A stretch of DNA of 64,000 nucleotides from Eledone cirrhosa (Eukaryota), in the NCBI GenBank assembly GCA_964016885.1, contig OZ024740.1, positions 211,792,001 to 211,856,000 of the forward strand, given 5' to 3'. Made by a program: the position numbers and the translations under genes. This document shows, piece after piece, positions 25,515-36,206 of this stretch. The notes below the pieces were generated by a model, which saw nothing but the letters and a program-made list of their open reading frames with translations, was not told the origin of the DNA and searched no databases. Position 1 is the stretch's first letter. Every line of letters begins with the position of its first letter.

Positions 25515-25837
25515 GTAAGGACAACATAATGTCATCTTAGTATTTAACAGGTTGGGTGGATCCTTCAGTTGTGCCAAGAACATAACAACCTCTCTAGTGT
25601 TTGGTTATCTACACAAGAAAGGCACCCAGTGCATGCAGTAAAGTAGTTGGTGATAGGAAGGGCATCCAGCCACAGAAAACTTGCCAAACAAAGAGTTGTA
25701 GCTTGCTTGAAGCATTGTGTAAAGATATATAGATATATGCATGTAAAAGCTAAACAGAAATAGCAAAAATAACAAAACCACACTGTGCATATGTATGTAT
25801 ATATATAGAGAGAGAGAGGTAGATATATATGTGTTTA

Positions 25838-26195
25838 TCACCATCATCATCACTGGTTAATGTCCATTTTTCTACATTGACATGGGTTAGATGAGTTATC
25901 CTATTGTGAGCAATGCCAGGTCAGGTGACCATGTCTTGATCATACAGAACCGATTTTGTCTTGGTTTCTACAGCTGGATGCCCTTCCTAGTATCAACCTC
26001 ATTTACAGTGAGTACTGGGTGCTTTTTGATATGACACCTACAGTGTGGACTGGGTGCTTTTTGCCATGACACCTAAACAACCACTTTACAGTATGGGCTG
26101 GGTGCTTTTTGTCATGACACCTACACGGCCACTTTACAGTGGGTGGGGGTGGGGGCATACTGTCTATATGCTTCAGCTTCGGCTTGTATCCATGG
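25838..26195 (-). mobile_element. RTE 3'-end element with 48-bp units
   Basis: (CAT)n tail, ggatgcccttcctag motif and about 3 units. Confidence 0.75.
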
Positions 26196-26621
26196 AAAAT
26201 CAATTAAAAAGATATATTAAAGTGTACTAACCATCCTATTATAACTATAACATCTGGACATAGTCAAATTAGAGTATGTTTCATTATAAAAAGATATGTC
26301 AGGTTAAATTTTGTTTGTGTGAATCAAATGTGCAAACAAAAATAAATACCAAAGTATTCTGCTACATCTCTATATATGTATGCCAGTTGACTTTAGGTTC
26401 GAGTAGATAGCAGTAAGAAAATTCTTATTGCAAGATGCAGTGATTTCACCTTGAACTATGAACATTATACTCTTTCTGATGAAGTGCAATATTTTATGTA
26501 ATGCTTGCAATTGAGCATAGTTAGCGCTCATAGACTGATATTGTACAGAAACATACATTTTTCTCTTCGAATCTTTACTTCTTGCCTAGTCATTTGTTTT
26601 TTCTGGTACTATACCTTTAAC

Positions 26622-26668
<47 letters not shown>

Positions 26669-26893
26669 CTGTAGAAATGAGATGATAGGGACTGGGGTCC
26701 CTATCATTCCACTGCAAAGTGGTCGTGGAGGTGCCACAGCAAAAAAGCACCCAGCACTCACTGTAAATGAGGTTGGTGTTAGGAAGGGCATCCAGCTGTA
26801 GAAATCAAGCCAGAATCAGTTCCCGTCCCACCCTTGCAAGCAGGGAAAAGCGGACGTAAAAATGAAATGATGATGAAATGATATATATATATA

Positions 26894-27224
26894 TACTATA
26901 AGGATAAGGGACAAGGATTCAGTGTTGCATCATAACATATTTAATAACATATTACATATGTTTCCCTATCGATCAGCTTGAGGCAAGACATATTATAGAT
27001 CGAACCTGACTCTGAATTGAAAGGTCATCAGAAATGCTTAATATATGAATTCATCTCCGGAGACAAATTCATATACTAAGCATTTCTGATGATCTTTCAA
27101 TTACAGAGTCAGGTTCGATCTATAATAGGTCTTGCCTCAAGCTGATCGATAGTGAAACATATGTAATATGTTATTAAATATGTTATGATGCAACACTGAA
27201 TCCTTATTCCTTATCCTTATAGTA
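26894..27224. repeat. 331-bp near-perfect palindrome (fold-back mini-element) beside (TA)n
   Basis: Arms of about 165 bp with few mismatches, centred on tctccggaga at about 27059. Confidence 0.95.
27080..27171 (+). ncRNA. Type I hammerhead ribozyme fold with long stem II (mirror copy at 26947-27037, - strand)
   Basis: gcattt-CTGATGA-[long stem II]-GAAAC-ATAT-GTA-atatgt. Stem III is palindromic and stem I has one mismatch. Confidence 0.6.
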
Positions 27225-27307
27225 TTATACTCTGCTCTGTGCTAGCATTGAGTGCTCAACTGGCATACCGCCTATGGATGCATTTTTCATGCAACCATAG
27301 AACTATA

Positions 27308-27920
27308 TCATCATCATCATCATCACCGTTTTACGTCCGTTCTTCCAGGCTAGCATGCGTTAGAGGGGTTGTCCTGTTGTGGGCAGTGTCCAGTCAGCTG
27401 ACCTTGTCTTGCTCATAAAGGAACTGATTCTGGCTTGATTTCTACAGCTGGATGCCCTTCCTAACACCAACCTCATTTACAGTGAGTGCTGGGTGCTTTT
27501 TTTCCATGGCCCATTCACATCCACATTACAGTGTGGGCTGGGTGCTTTTTTGCCGTGGCACCTCCATGACCACTTTGCAGTGGAGGGCATATTGTCTATA
27601 TGCTTCAGCTTCGGCTTGTTCCTGTGAGGGCTCGAGTTTTCTGTATTACTGTGTGACGCCAGAGGTCACGGTCGTGTGTCATTGCCCTTGAGAGGTGCAA
27701 TTGGGTAAGGTCGGCCTTTATCACCTCATCCCAGGTTTTCTTGGATCTCCCCACTCTGCGGCTTCCATCGACTTCTATTGCTCTGCACCTTTTTATGCAG
27801 CTGTCATCCTTCATACGCATCACATGTCTATACCAACGCAATCTCTTCTCCTGCACACAGCATTTGATTCCTCTTATGCTCAGTCTCTCTCTCAATTTGT
27901 TTACACTTTGCCGTTCGCGT
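27308..27920 (-). mobile_element. 5'-truncated RTE LINE (C-terminus plus 3' UTR)
   Basis: ORF 27605-27895 includes RLRWYRHVMRM...KKTWDEVIK. The 3' UTR carries 48-bp units and a (CAT)n tail. Confidence 0.85.
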
Positions 27921-27959
27921 ATATTACTATTACTGTATATATATATATATATTTATATA

Positions 27960-28412
27960 TCATCATCATCATAATTTTTACGTCTACTTTACTATGCTTG
28001 CATGGGTTGGACAGGTCCTTCTCAGCACAGCATCTCTCCACTTTTCGTGTTCCTTCATCATCTCCTGTACCAGTCTTAGCTATTTGAGGTCAGCTCTCAC
28101 AGCCTCCGCCCAGCTCTTTCTTGGTCGTCATCAATTTTGGCTTCTTTCCACTGGGATTTCCTGGCATTTCTTCAACCATCGGTCATTGTCCATGTGCATT
28201 ACTTGTCCACACCAGCTTGGATTCCCCTTAAGCCCTCAGCCTGTCCAAGCTCTGCTTTTCTCTCACATTTACATAACATATCCAACGAAACATGGTTGTG
28301 TCATTTCTTTCCAGTCTACACATGTCCTCTGCAGTCACAGCCCATGTTTCACCACCACGGAGCATTGCACACTGCACACAGGCATCATAAAGCCTTCCTT
28401 TTGTATGTATGG
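27960..28412 (-). mobile_element. RTE LINE 3' fragment, degenerate
   Basis: (CAT)n tail and a C-terminal coding remnant similar to positions 1-300. Confidence 0.65.
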
Positions 28413-28471
28413 GTAAATTGGGACTATTTAAATATCTTGTTTATGCCAATTTATTGTGGAGTGTTTAGCAA

Positions 28472-29400
28472 CTATTTCAGTTCAACGTGACCACTATTCA
28501 CCTTCTTTCCCAGTTCAATCCATTTACGAAATGATGTGCATGCTTTAACTATTTCTTCCTTTTTCATTTTACCGAATGCTCGCTTGATCGAAGCCTTCAA
28601 TGTAGTCACACAGTTGTGAGAAGTTGCATTGGATATTGCTCCAACTGTGTCCCATAGCCAAAAATCACACGGATTCAAATCTGGCGTGCTAGAGGACCAG
28701 ATATCTTTAGAGATAAACATAGGCAATTCCTTCTTCAAAAATCCGTGAACTCTTTTTGAAGAATCAGCGGGCATGGTGTCCTGTACAAACTGGCATCATA
28801 ATGCTTTCTAATCCAAGACAACAAAACTTCTTCTAAGATTTTGAGATACTGTGCTGATTTTAAGACCCAGTTCAATAAAATGAGGAGGCATCAATTTCCC
28901 ATCACTTGCAACAGCTCCAAATGGAAGCCGGATTTTTGCTATGCATAGCTGAAGGAACTTGAGAAGGGTCTATGCTATCACTCATGAGTTTGACTGCTTG
29001 CATCTTCATCTACCACAAACTTCTTTTCATCCAAGATGATGCGGATATCTCCACCACAATGTTTCATATGACTAAGAAGTTTTGGACATCTTTCAGCTTA
29101 AATAGCTTTGGAGCGCGTACTTAAGATGTTATGGTGTCTCTCCACACACAATTTTATATGGAGCTTTTGTCTCACACCCTAGAAACTGATTCCTCAATCT
29201 TGAGCCAACTTTGCTATCGATTTTGATGGGTTTGATCTTTTAAGTCCTACTAAGAAACAAGGTGTGCATTTTCGGTCAATGCAAGGACTGTGAGGCTTTC
29301 TCTAAACATCCTGAATTTTCTTCAAATTGGCTATAACTCTAAAAACAGTAGATTTGGCATACTTTTGCCAGTGCAGATTAATGCAGCAATTATACTTCTA
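28472..29400 (-). mobile_element. Tc1/mariner (maT/DD37D-like) transposase remnant
   Basis: WSSSTPDLNPCDFWLW...ACTSFRKWIE is a WPPxSPDLNP-type motif. The upstream part is degenerate. Confidence 0.75.
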
Positions 29401-29414
29401 GGGTTTAATTATTT

Positions 29415-30046
29415 ATTAAGACTTATGTAGATTGGAAAACAATGAAGCTTGCAAACTCCGATGGATATGTGAATGGTGAATCATAATTGAACTGAGAGAG
29501 AAACTAGGCATAAGAGGAATCAGATGCAGTGTGCCGGAGAGGAGATTGTGTTGGTGTGGACATGTAATGCATATGAAGAATGGGAGCTGTATAAAAAGGT
29601 GCAGAGCACTGAGTTGATGGGGGTTGTGGAGTGGGAGACCCAAGAAAATTTCAGACGAGGTGATAAAAGCTGATCCCGCCCAATTGCACCTCTCAAAGGC
29701 GATGACACAGGACCAAGATCTCTGGTGTTTCATAGTAATACAGAAGACCTGATTTCCCACAGGCAAAGGCCATACTTGAAGCATATATATAGTATGTATC
29801 ACCCCACCCAACTCCCATACATCTCCCATGAGGACAAGCTGAAGTTACATCCAGTGAAGCCTCTAGCCCACACTGTAAAGTAGTCATGTAGGTGTCATGA
29901 CAACAAGTGCCAGCCCACACTGTAAAGTGGTTGTGTATGGCAAAAGGACCCAGTCCATACTATAAAGTGGTTGTGTTGGTGTCATGCCAAAAAGCACCCA
30001 GTACTCACTGTAAATGAGGTTGACGCTAGGAAGGGCATCCAGCTGT
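29415..30046 (+). mobile_element. RTE LINE 3' fragment
   Basis: Homologous to 16430-17070, with 48-bp units and aggaagggcatccagctgt. Confidence 0.8.
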
Positions 30047-30159
30047 GCATGAGGGCATCTATTTGTGCATGAGGACCTTGGATACAAGTCTTTCATGACT
30101 TAGGTGTCGTTTTCCTAAATTTATGCAAATATTCACAACGAATTGAACAACCCTCTATA

Positions 30160-30340
30160 TATGAGGGTGAGCTGAAAAGTTCATAGGCCGACTATAAAGG
30201 AGTGATACTAGAGCTGTGAAATCTTAATAATAACTGTATTGTTTCTTTCTTTCCAGGGATTCTGTTGAAAAATAAACCACATCTGGTCGTTCCATGAGAG
30301 TTTCTTTGTCAGCATATGAATTTTTCAGCCAACCCTTGTG
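30160..30340. mobile_element. Mariner-type MITE
   Basis: Imperfect TIRs gagggtgagctgaaaagttcata / tatgaatttttcagccaaccctt. Confidence 0.6.
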
Positions 30341-30704
30341 CATACTTATCTTGCAGTAAGAATGCAGTTGATTAAAGTACATTTAAAAAACAAAAAAAAA
30401 ACAACATTAAAATGTAAAAGAGTTGTCAGATGAAAAGCAGGAATATGAAAATAAAATAATTCCAATAAATAGTATTGCGTTTCAATTATATTTTATTATA
30501 ATCAGTTAAATGAACATCTCCACAAGATCAGAACGTCAGTAGCCCATCTGAGGAAAGAGCCCCGCAAGGTGGGGAGGCTGTTGCAGCTGGTGTCACAGGC
30601 CATTGTCTGCTGAAATTCTTTTGCGGTCTTGTCCTTGGGGCGTAGCCCCAATACCGCCAAGCCAGCTGGCTTCGATGCAAAGAATCCTCTCAGCTACTGA
30701 TTTA

Positions 30705-31112
30705 ACTGGTCTTCATTGGCGAAGGCCTTTGCATTGAATTACTCATTGAGAGAAAGAGGTGATAGTCTGTAGTTGTGTGGTTGGGTGAATATGGCAAGTG
30801 GAGCAGAACCTCCCAATCTAGCTGCAGTAGCTTCTCATTGGTCATTCTTGATGTATGCAGTCGAGTGTTATGATGAAGGAATCAAATAGGACCATGGTGT
30901 AGGCACACCTGTGTGACTTTTGCAGCTAATCTGTCAAGATGTTGGCAATGCACTTGATAGAGGTTATGCTGGTGTTTGGTGGGAGCAGCTCATAGTGAAG
31001 GACATTTTCCAGTCCCACCAGATGCTCAGTAAGGCCTTGCACTGGTAGAGACCAGCCTAAACTTGCCATTGTGGTGCACTCACTTTAACACTCCACAATC
31101 GCTTGCTCATGA
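30705..31112 (-). mobile_element. Mariner transposase fragment
   Basis: Minus-strand LHHNTRLHTSRMTNEKLLQLDWEVLLHLPYSP is a degenerate HDNARPH...HPPYSPD region. Confidence 0.7.
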
Positions 31113-31654
31113 CATTAATCCTTTAGCATTTATATTACTCTATATATATATACTTACAGCCAGTTTGAACAGAAAGAGGTAAGCAAATTCTGGCCAGATA
31201 CAGCCAGTTTAAATGCTAAATAGACACCATTTTTCATCACCAGTGACAATGGAATAGAGCCAATTGGAGCACAGAGGCATGAGTGACTCACCAGATATGC
31301 TGAGTATTACAGGCTTACACAATCACATGAAATGCAATACAAGGTTTCAGAGAATTGACATTCATTGTTACTTTCTGTATAAAATATAAATGTACCATGA
31401 CAATTGAATGATTCTCAACACCTAAACTAACTGACCTGTAAACCCTGATTGTTCACTGCTTACATGTTCACATATATTTCTCTCATTTCTTGCCGATAAT
31501 ATTCCCTGACAGTATGAAGTAGACAATTGTATAACAATTCAAATTAGATAATACAAAAATATTATGCATTGAAACAAACATTAGAATTACATATATATCA
31601 TCATCACCATCATTGTTTAATGTCCATTTTCCATGGGTTAGACGGGTTGTCCTA

Positions 31655-31927
31655 TTTGAGGCAAGTTGGGTCAGGTGACCATGTCTTACTCATACTGAAC
31701 TGATTCTGGCTAGGTTTCTATGGCTGGATGCCCTTCCTAACGCCAACCACATTTACAGTGTATGCTGGGTGCACTATTATCATCGCAGACACACGTCTCC
31801 CTAACAAAAAGCACCCAGCATACACTGTAAATGTGGTTGGCATTAGGAAGGGCATCCAGCCATAGAAACCTAGCCAGAATCAGTTCAGTATGAGTACGAC
31901 ATGGTCACCTGACCCAACTTGCCTCAA
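31655..31927. repeat. Inverted duplication of an RTE 3'-end sequence (about 117-bp arms, 38-bp spacer)
   Basis: ttgaggcaagttgggtcagg...gctgggtgc is mirrored by gcacccagc...cccaacttgcctcaa. Confidence 0.92.
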
Positions 31928-32199
31928 GATATGTGTGTAAGAGGCTCAGGCTTTCCTGATGATTTCTTTTGAATGAAACAGTTCTTGTCTTCTGGAAGCC
32001 ATTTCTATATTAAACATAATATATATGTATATATATAGTTGAGAAAAGAAACAAAACAAATACAGGGATACAAAACTACAAAGTCATATTAGGCTCACGC
32101 TTAGAGGATGTGGAGGAGAGTTTGATATTTCGGACAGAAGTCCGTCATCAGGAAAGTATGGATAAGGAGAGTACAGGTAGGTGTGTGTATATATATATA

Positions 32200-32868
32200 A
32201 AAGAAGAAAATTTCGCTCTACATGGCTGAATACAATAAATGTAATCTGAGTTTTCGAATATTAATAATAACATTCGATTCGTTTGCAATTTTGCAAACAA
32301 GCCTCAATTTTATAGCCATGTCAGTAGAATGAACACTTCATTCTTGCTCTTGTGTTGGTATGCGAACAGAACTGCAGACACTAATGTTTCTGGGTATCAC
32401 CCTTCATCAGTACAGCTCACTGTTCACCTGCCAACTGTCAGAGCTAGTGAAAATATATACTATTTTCAAAAATACACAGTGACTAATTGGCCTGATTTGC
32501 ATATTAGCATATTTGCTGATCAGTCAGATCTGCATATTAGCAGATCCACTGATCAGCTAGATTTGCATATCAGGAGACTAGCCACTCAGTTTCCTGTGTA
32601 CGAGCGATAAATGGCAGGCTTTGCCAAATTCAAATAAAAAAGAAAATTTCGCTCTACATGGCTGAATACAATCTGTTCGCATGCCTACACAAAAGGAAGA
32701 ATGAAGTGTTCATTCTACTGACATGGCTATAATATTGAGGCTTGTTTGCAAAATTGCAAACGAATCGAATGTTATTATTAATATTCGAAAACTCAGATTA
32801 CATTTATTGTATTCAACCATATCGAGCGAAATTTCCTTTTTTATTTGAATTTGGCAAAGCTGGCCATA
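32200..32868. mobile_element. Penelope-like fold-back mini-element
   Basis: 32200-32370 is inverted at 32672-32845, and there is a direct repeat at about 32640-32671. It begins at (TA)n and contains a hammerhead fold. Confidence 0.65.
32370..32417 (-). ncRNA. Type I hammerhead ribozyme fold
   Basis: agctgta-CTGATGA-a-gggt-gat-accc-a-GAA-ACA-ttag-TGT-C-tgcagtt. It has a 7-bp stem I (with G-U pairs) and a GUC cleavage triplet. Confidence 0.72.
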
Positions 32869-33394
32869 GATTAAATTCTGGCCTTGGAATCATGCAAGAT
32901 TTATTTTATACTTGCTAGCAGGCGGGGGAGAAGGTACATGAGAATGAGCAAAATGTATACAAAGTTAGTGAGCGATATGAAGGAAGGTTCTAGAATAATT
33001 AATTAATAATAATACTAGAAGGTTAGTTTTTAGGAAGATTTGAACAGGTTGAGGCATATTATTAAAAACATGTAAAATATCAATTGAAAATCCGAGAGAA
33101 AAACAGAGAATTTGAATTCTAGACTGGCATAAATAGAAGTTTAAAACACTGCTCATCGAGTGTACTACGGAGTAAAAGGAAAGACAAGTGTTTTGCTTAC
33201 AAATGCAACCAAGCATTATTACAGATTCAATTAATTCAGGGTCTCTAGCTCAACGATACTTAGCGACAAAAACAAAACTGACTTGTGACATCGTATGGGT
33301 TTCAAATGGGAACATCCACATTCATTATATACTCACGCATATTGCTAGAAACAATTTACGACTCAAGTTTAATAGGTAGAAGGGAAAAATGTCG

Positions 33395-34270
33395 ACCATA
33401 CTTAAATATGGAATGATACGCGATGGGACCGCCCCACAGCCACGGCGGTCAGAATGGAGAAGGCCTTTCCCCGGAGGACGGCAAGGGAGACGTGCTGGAA
33501 AAGCCACTCCAACTCGCACGACTCACACCTGCGGCTGGCCAGTTCAGCGCCTATGGTGGTGAGTAGGGAGGTAGCCCTAGGGCCGAGGACACCAGAAGTC
33601 TCCACTGCCAGGGGTATAACCGCAAACCTGTCGGAGCGACCGGTATTTGAGGAGTTTAGCCTCCTCAGCCCGACGTACAGCAGAACCTAGGTTAGTCGCA
33701 GACTGCACCAGGTTGTGGCTGCAGAAAGTGTCGGTGCAAGTGGCATCCCAAACGAGGGGTTTTCCACCGCGAAACGGGAAGATGGTCATGCCATCTGGCC
33801 TTTTGCCATCCCCTCGGTCCAGCCCCACTGGCTCGAGCTGGGAAGGGAAGCCTGCAGTGTCCAAGCCATGCTTCATGACCTCGTTGAGGGCAGCATGGCG
33901 TGGAAGGCGGCCGGCACTGTGGCGACAGGAAAGCGGGTGGAGGCCGAAAGAGTCCACGGTGTATCTGCAGCGACATTGGTGTTGCTCACAGATCCGGAGG
34001 CCGAGCCTCAAGGAAACGCCGATGCGCATGCTATTGTTGTCAAGCTGCGTGACAATGGAAAGGAGGGAAGGGCATGGAGCCAGGCACCACTGTGGGGTTT
34101 GGAGGCCGCACGAAACCAGGCAAGGTGGTGCTGGTCGAGCTGGCACGTGAGCCTGTCTGAGACCAGGCTGCACTGGATGGCATCCCAAGTGCTTTGAGGG
34201 GACTTGACGTCAACAGGGGGAGAAGGAGGAGGGACGTCTACTGGGCTAAGTCACAGCCGGCCCCACGTCT
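33395..34270 (-). mobile_element. CRE-clade RLE non-LTR retrotransposon, 5'-truncated
   Basis: Zn finger CRC...HPLSC, RHAALNE, EPVGLDRGDGKRPDG...WDATCTDT, and VETSGVLG...LFQHVSLAVLRG. Confidence 0.88.
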
Positions 34271-34974
34271 CCTATTCTCAAATAGACAGATCGTTCGTAA
34301 AAAGAGGTTAGATAGATAAATTCTGGTCTTGGAATCATGCAAGATTTATTTTATACTTGCGAGCAGGCGGGGGAGAGGGTACATGAGAAGGAGCAAAATG
34401 TATATAAAGTTAGTGAACGAGATGAAGGAAGGTTCTAGAATAATTAATTAATAATAATACTAAGAGAAGGTTAGTTTTTAGGAAGAGTCTAACAGGATGA
34501 GACATATTTTTAAAAACATGTAAAATATTAATTGAAAATCCGAGAGAAAAACGGAGAATTTGAATTCTAGACTGGCATAAATAGAAGTTTAAAACACTGC
34601 TCATCGAGTGTACTACGGAGTAAAAGGAAAGACAAGTGTTTTGCTTACATTCTCAAATCGACAGATCGTCCGTAAAAATAGGTTAGATAGATAAATAATA
34701 TATATATATATAACATGTCTATAGAATCACAAGATAAAATATATACTATTCCTCTCCCAATTAGCATAATTAACCATATAAAAAATCGAATAGACCAGGC
34801 TATAAGAATGAGGCTTCTATGAAGAAATCTCCGACAAATAACCAAAACTAGCGCTTCGCGTCGGCTGTAGCGGAATATTTATCAAATATTTCAACAGCGT
34901 AATCGCCCAGATATAGTCAACTAAACAGAATTAGGTGTAAAATAAACTAGGAGAAAATAGAATACATTTAAACA

Positions 34975-35060
34975 CCTCTACCATGGTTTCGTCCGTATTT
35001 TGAGTTTTCCAATAATTATGTAATAATTATATAAACTCGAGCACCGGATTCATCAGGAAG
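34975..35060 (-). ncRNA. Minimal type I hammerhead ribozyme fold
   Basis: cttc-CTGATGA-a-tccg...cgga-c-GAAAC-CATG-GTA-gagg, with palindromic stem III ACCATGGT. Confidence 0.7.
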
Positions 35061-35496
35061 CTCGCTCTTATCTAGACACTAAATTTTCCAAAGTGATCGC
35101 GCCAAGAAATTCATTTCAAAATGGCTAAAAATCGTGACGTAGCCGCGATCAGGCTGGAAGGGGTGTGGTAGTTGCTTACGACTGGTGGCATTTTTGCTAG
35201 AAAGCACAGCACAGTACAGCCAAATTTGTATCTCAACCTAATGGGAGATTATTACATATAAAAGTTTACATATATATATACATACATATACATATACGTG
35301 TTTTGCAACTGGTCACTTTGTGGCTCAATGAAAAATTAATAAATTAAACAATCAGAGCTATATATCATAAAACATGTCTATAGAATCACAAGATAAAATA
35401 TATACTATTTCCTCTCCCAATTAACCATATAAAAAATCGAATAGACCAGGCTATAAGAATGAGGCTTCTATGGAGAAATCTCCGACAAATAACCGA

Positions 35497-35524
<28 letters not shown>

Positions 35525-35532
<8 letters not shown>

Positions 35533-35730
35533 GAAAACAGCGATGAACTGGACTCCGCCTGGCGGTAAACGGAGGCGTGGTTGCCCAAGGATCACCCGGT
35601 GACGAACGTTATGGAAAGACCTGATGGCAGTCAACATCACCTGGCACGGTCTCGAAAAAGTTGCGCTGACTATTGGCGAGTAATTACTGCTCGATGCGCC
35701 GAACGGCGTGGAAGAATCTAAGACTAAGAT
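35525..35730 (+). mobile_element. Short LINE 3' fragment (RTE-like)
   Basis: KTAMNWTPPGGKRRRGCPRIT, followed by a short repeated ctaag tail. Confidence 0.6.
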
Positions 35731-35876
35731 GTATATATATCAAAATAAATTAACGGAGTCGTAAACTCGCGTTAGTCACTGTAATTTATGAGCTCAAAGG
35801 AAAAAGAATCCTGGGCTCTTCAAATATAATATATAGAAAAGATAACTCGTGTGTTATCTTTTCTATATATTATATA

Positions 35877-36200
35877 CTAGCCGAATTACCCGCGCCTTGC
35901 AGCGTTTCACAAATTTTTTTTGTAAGAAAATGATTGATTTTCAGAGGTATAATTTATGGAGATAAACTGTGCATTTCAATATTACTCAATATAAAATGAA
36001 ACATTGGAAAACATGGGTGAGTGTCGGTCAGGCTTGGCGTTGAACGCGTACACTAGTGGTTTGTGGACGGTGTATATAGAGAACACACGACCTTCTAGCA
36101 TGTGTCGAAAATGCTTGAGAGCAAGGTATGCTACCAAAAATTCACGACTGAATGTGCTGTACTTAGTTTCGGCGGGTTTTAATCGCTTAGAGAAAAAAGA
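35877..36200 (-). mobile_element. Helitron 3' terminal fragment
   Basis: Minus strand reads cgc-tgcaag-gcg-cgggtaattcgg-CTAG|T at 35877. Confidence 0.55.
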
Positions 36201-36206
36201 TACAGG

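Noticed and set aside
30506-30610. Candidate next CCDC13 exon (cag|TTAAATGAA...AAG|gtgggg)
   Set aside because: LRKEPRKVGRLLQLVSQAIV matches the CRE C-terminus at 55595-55918 (LRKEHHEVGWLLQWVSLAIV), so it is a retrotransposon scrap.
31950-32156. Two additional CTGATGA...GAAA cores (31956 on +, 32120-32156 on -)
   Set aside because: Stem II is present but stems I and III do not close convincingly, so they were not annotated as ribozymes.
35824-35875. 52-bp AT-rich perfect hairpin resembling a terminator or pre-miRNA
   Set aside because: It is low-complexity, TA-flanked and abuts a Helitron end. It is likely a repeat remnant, and I saw no further support.
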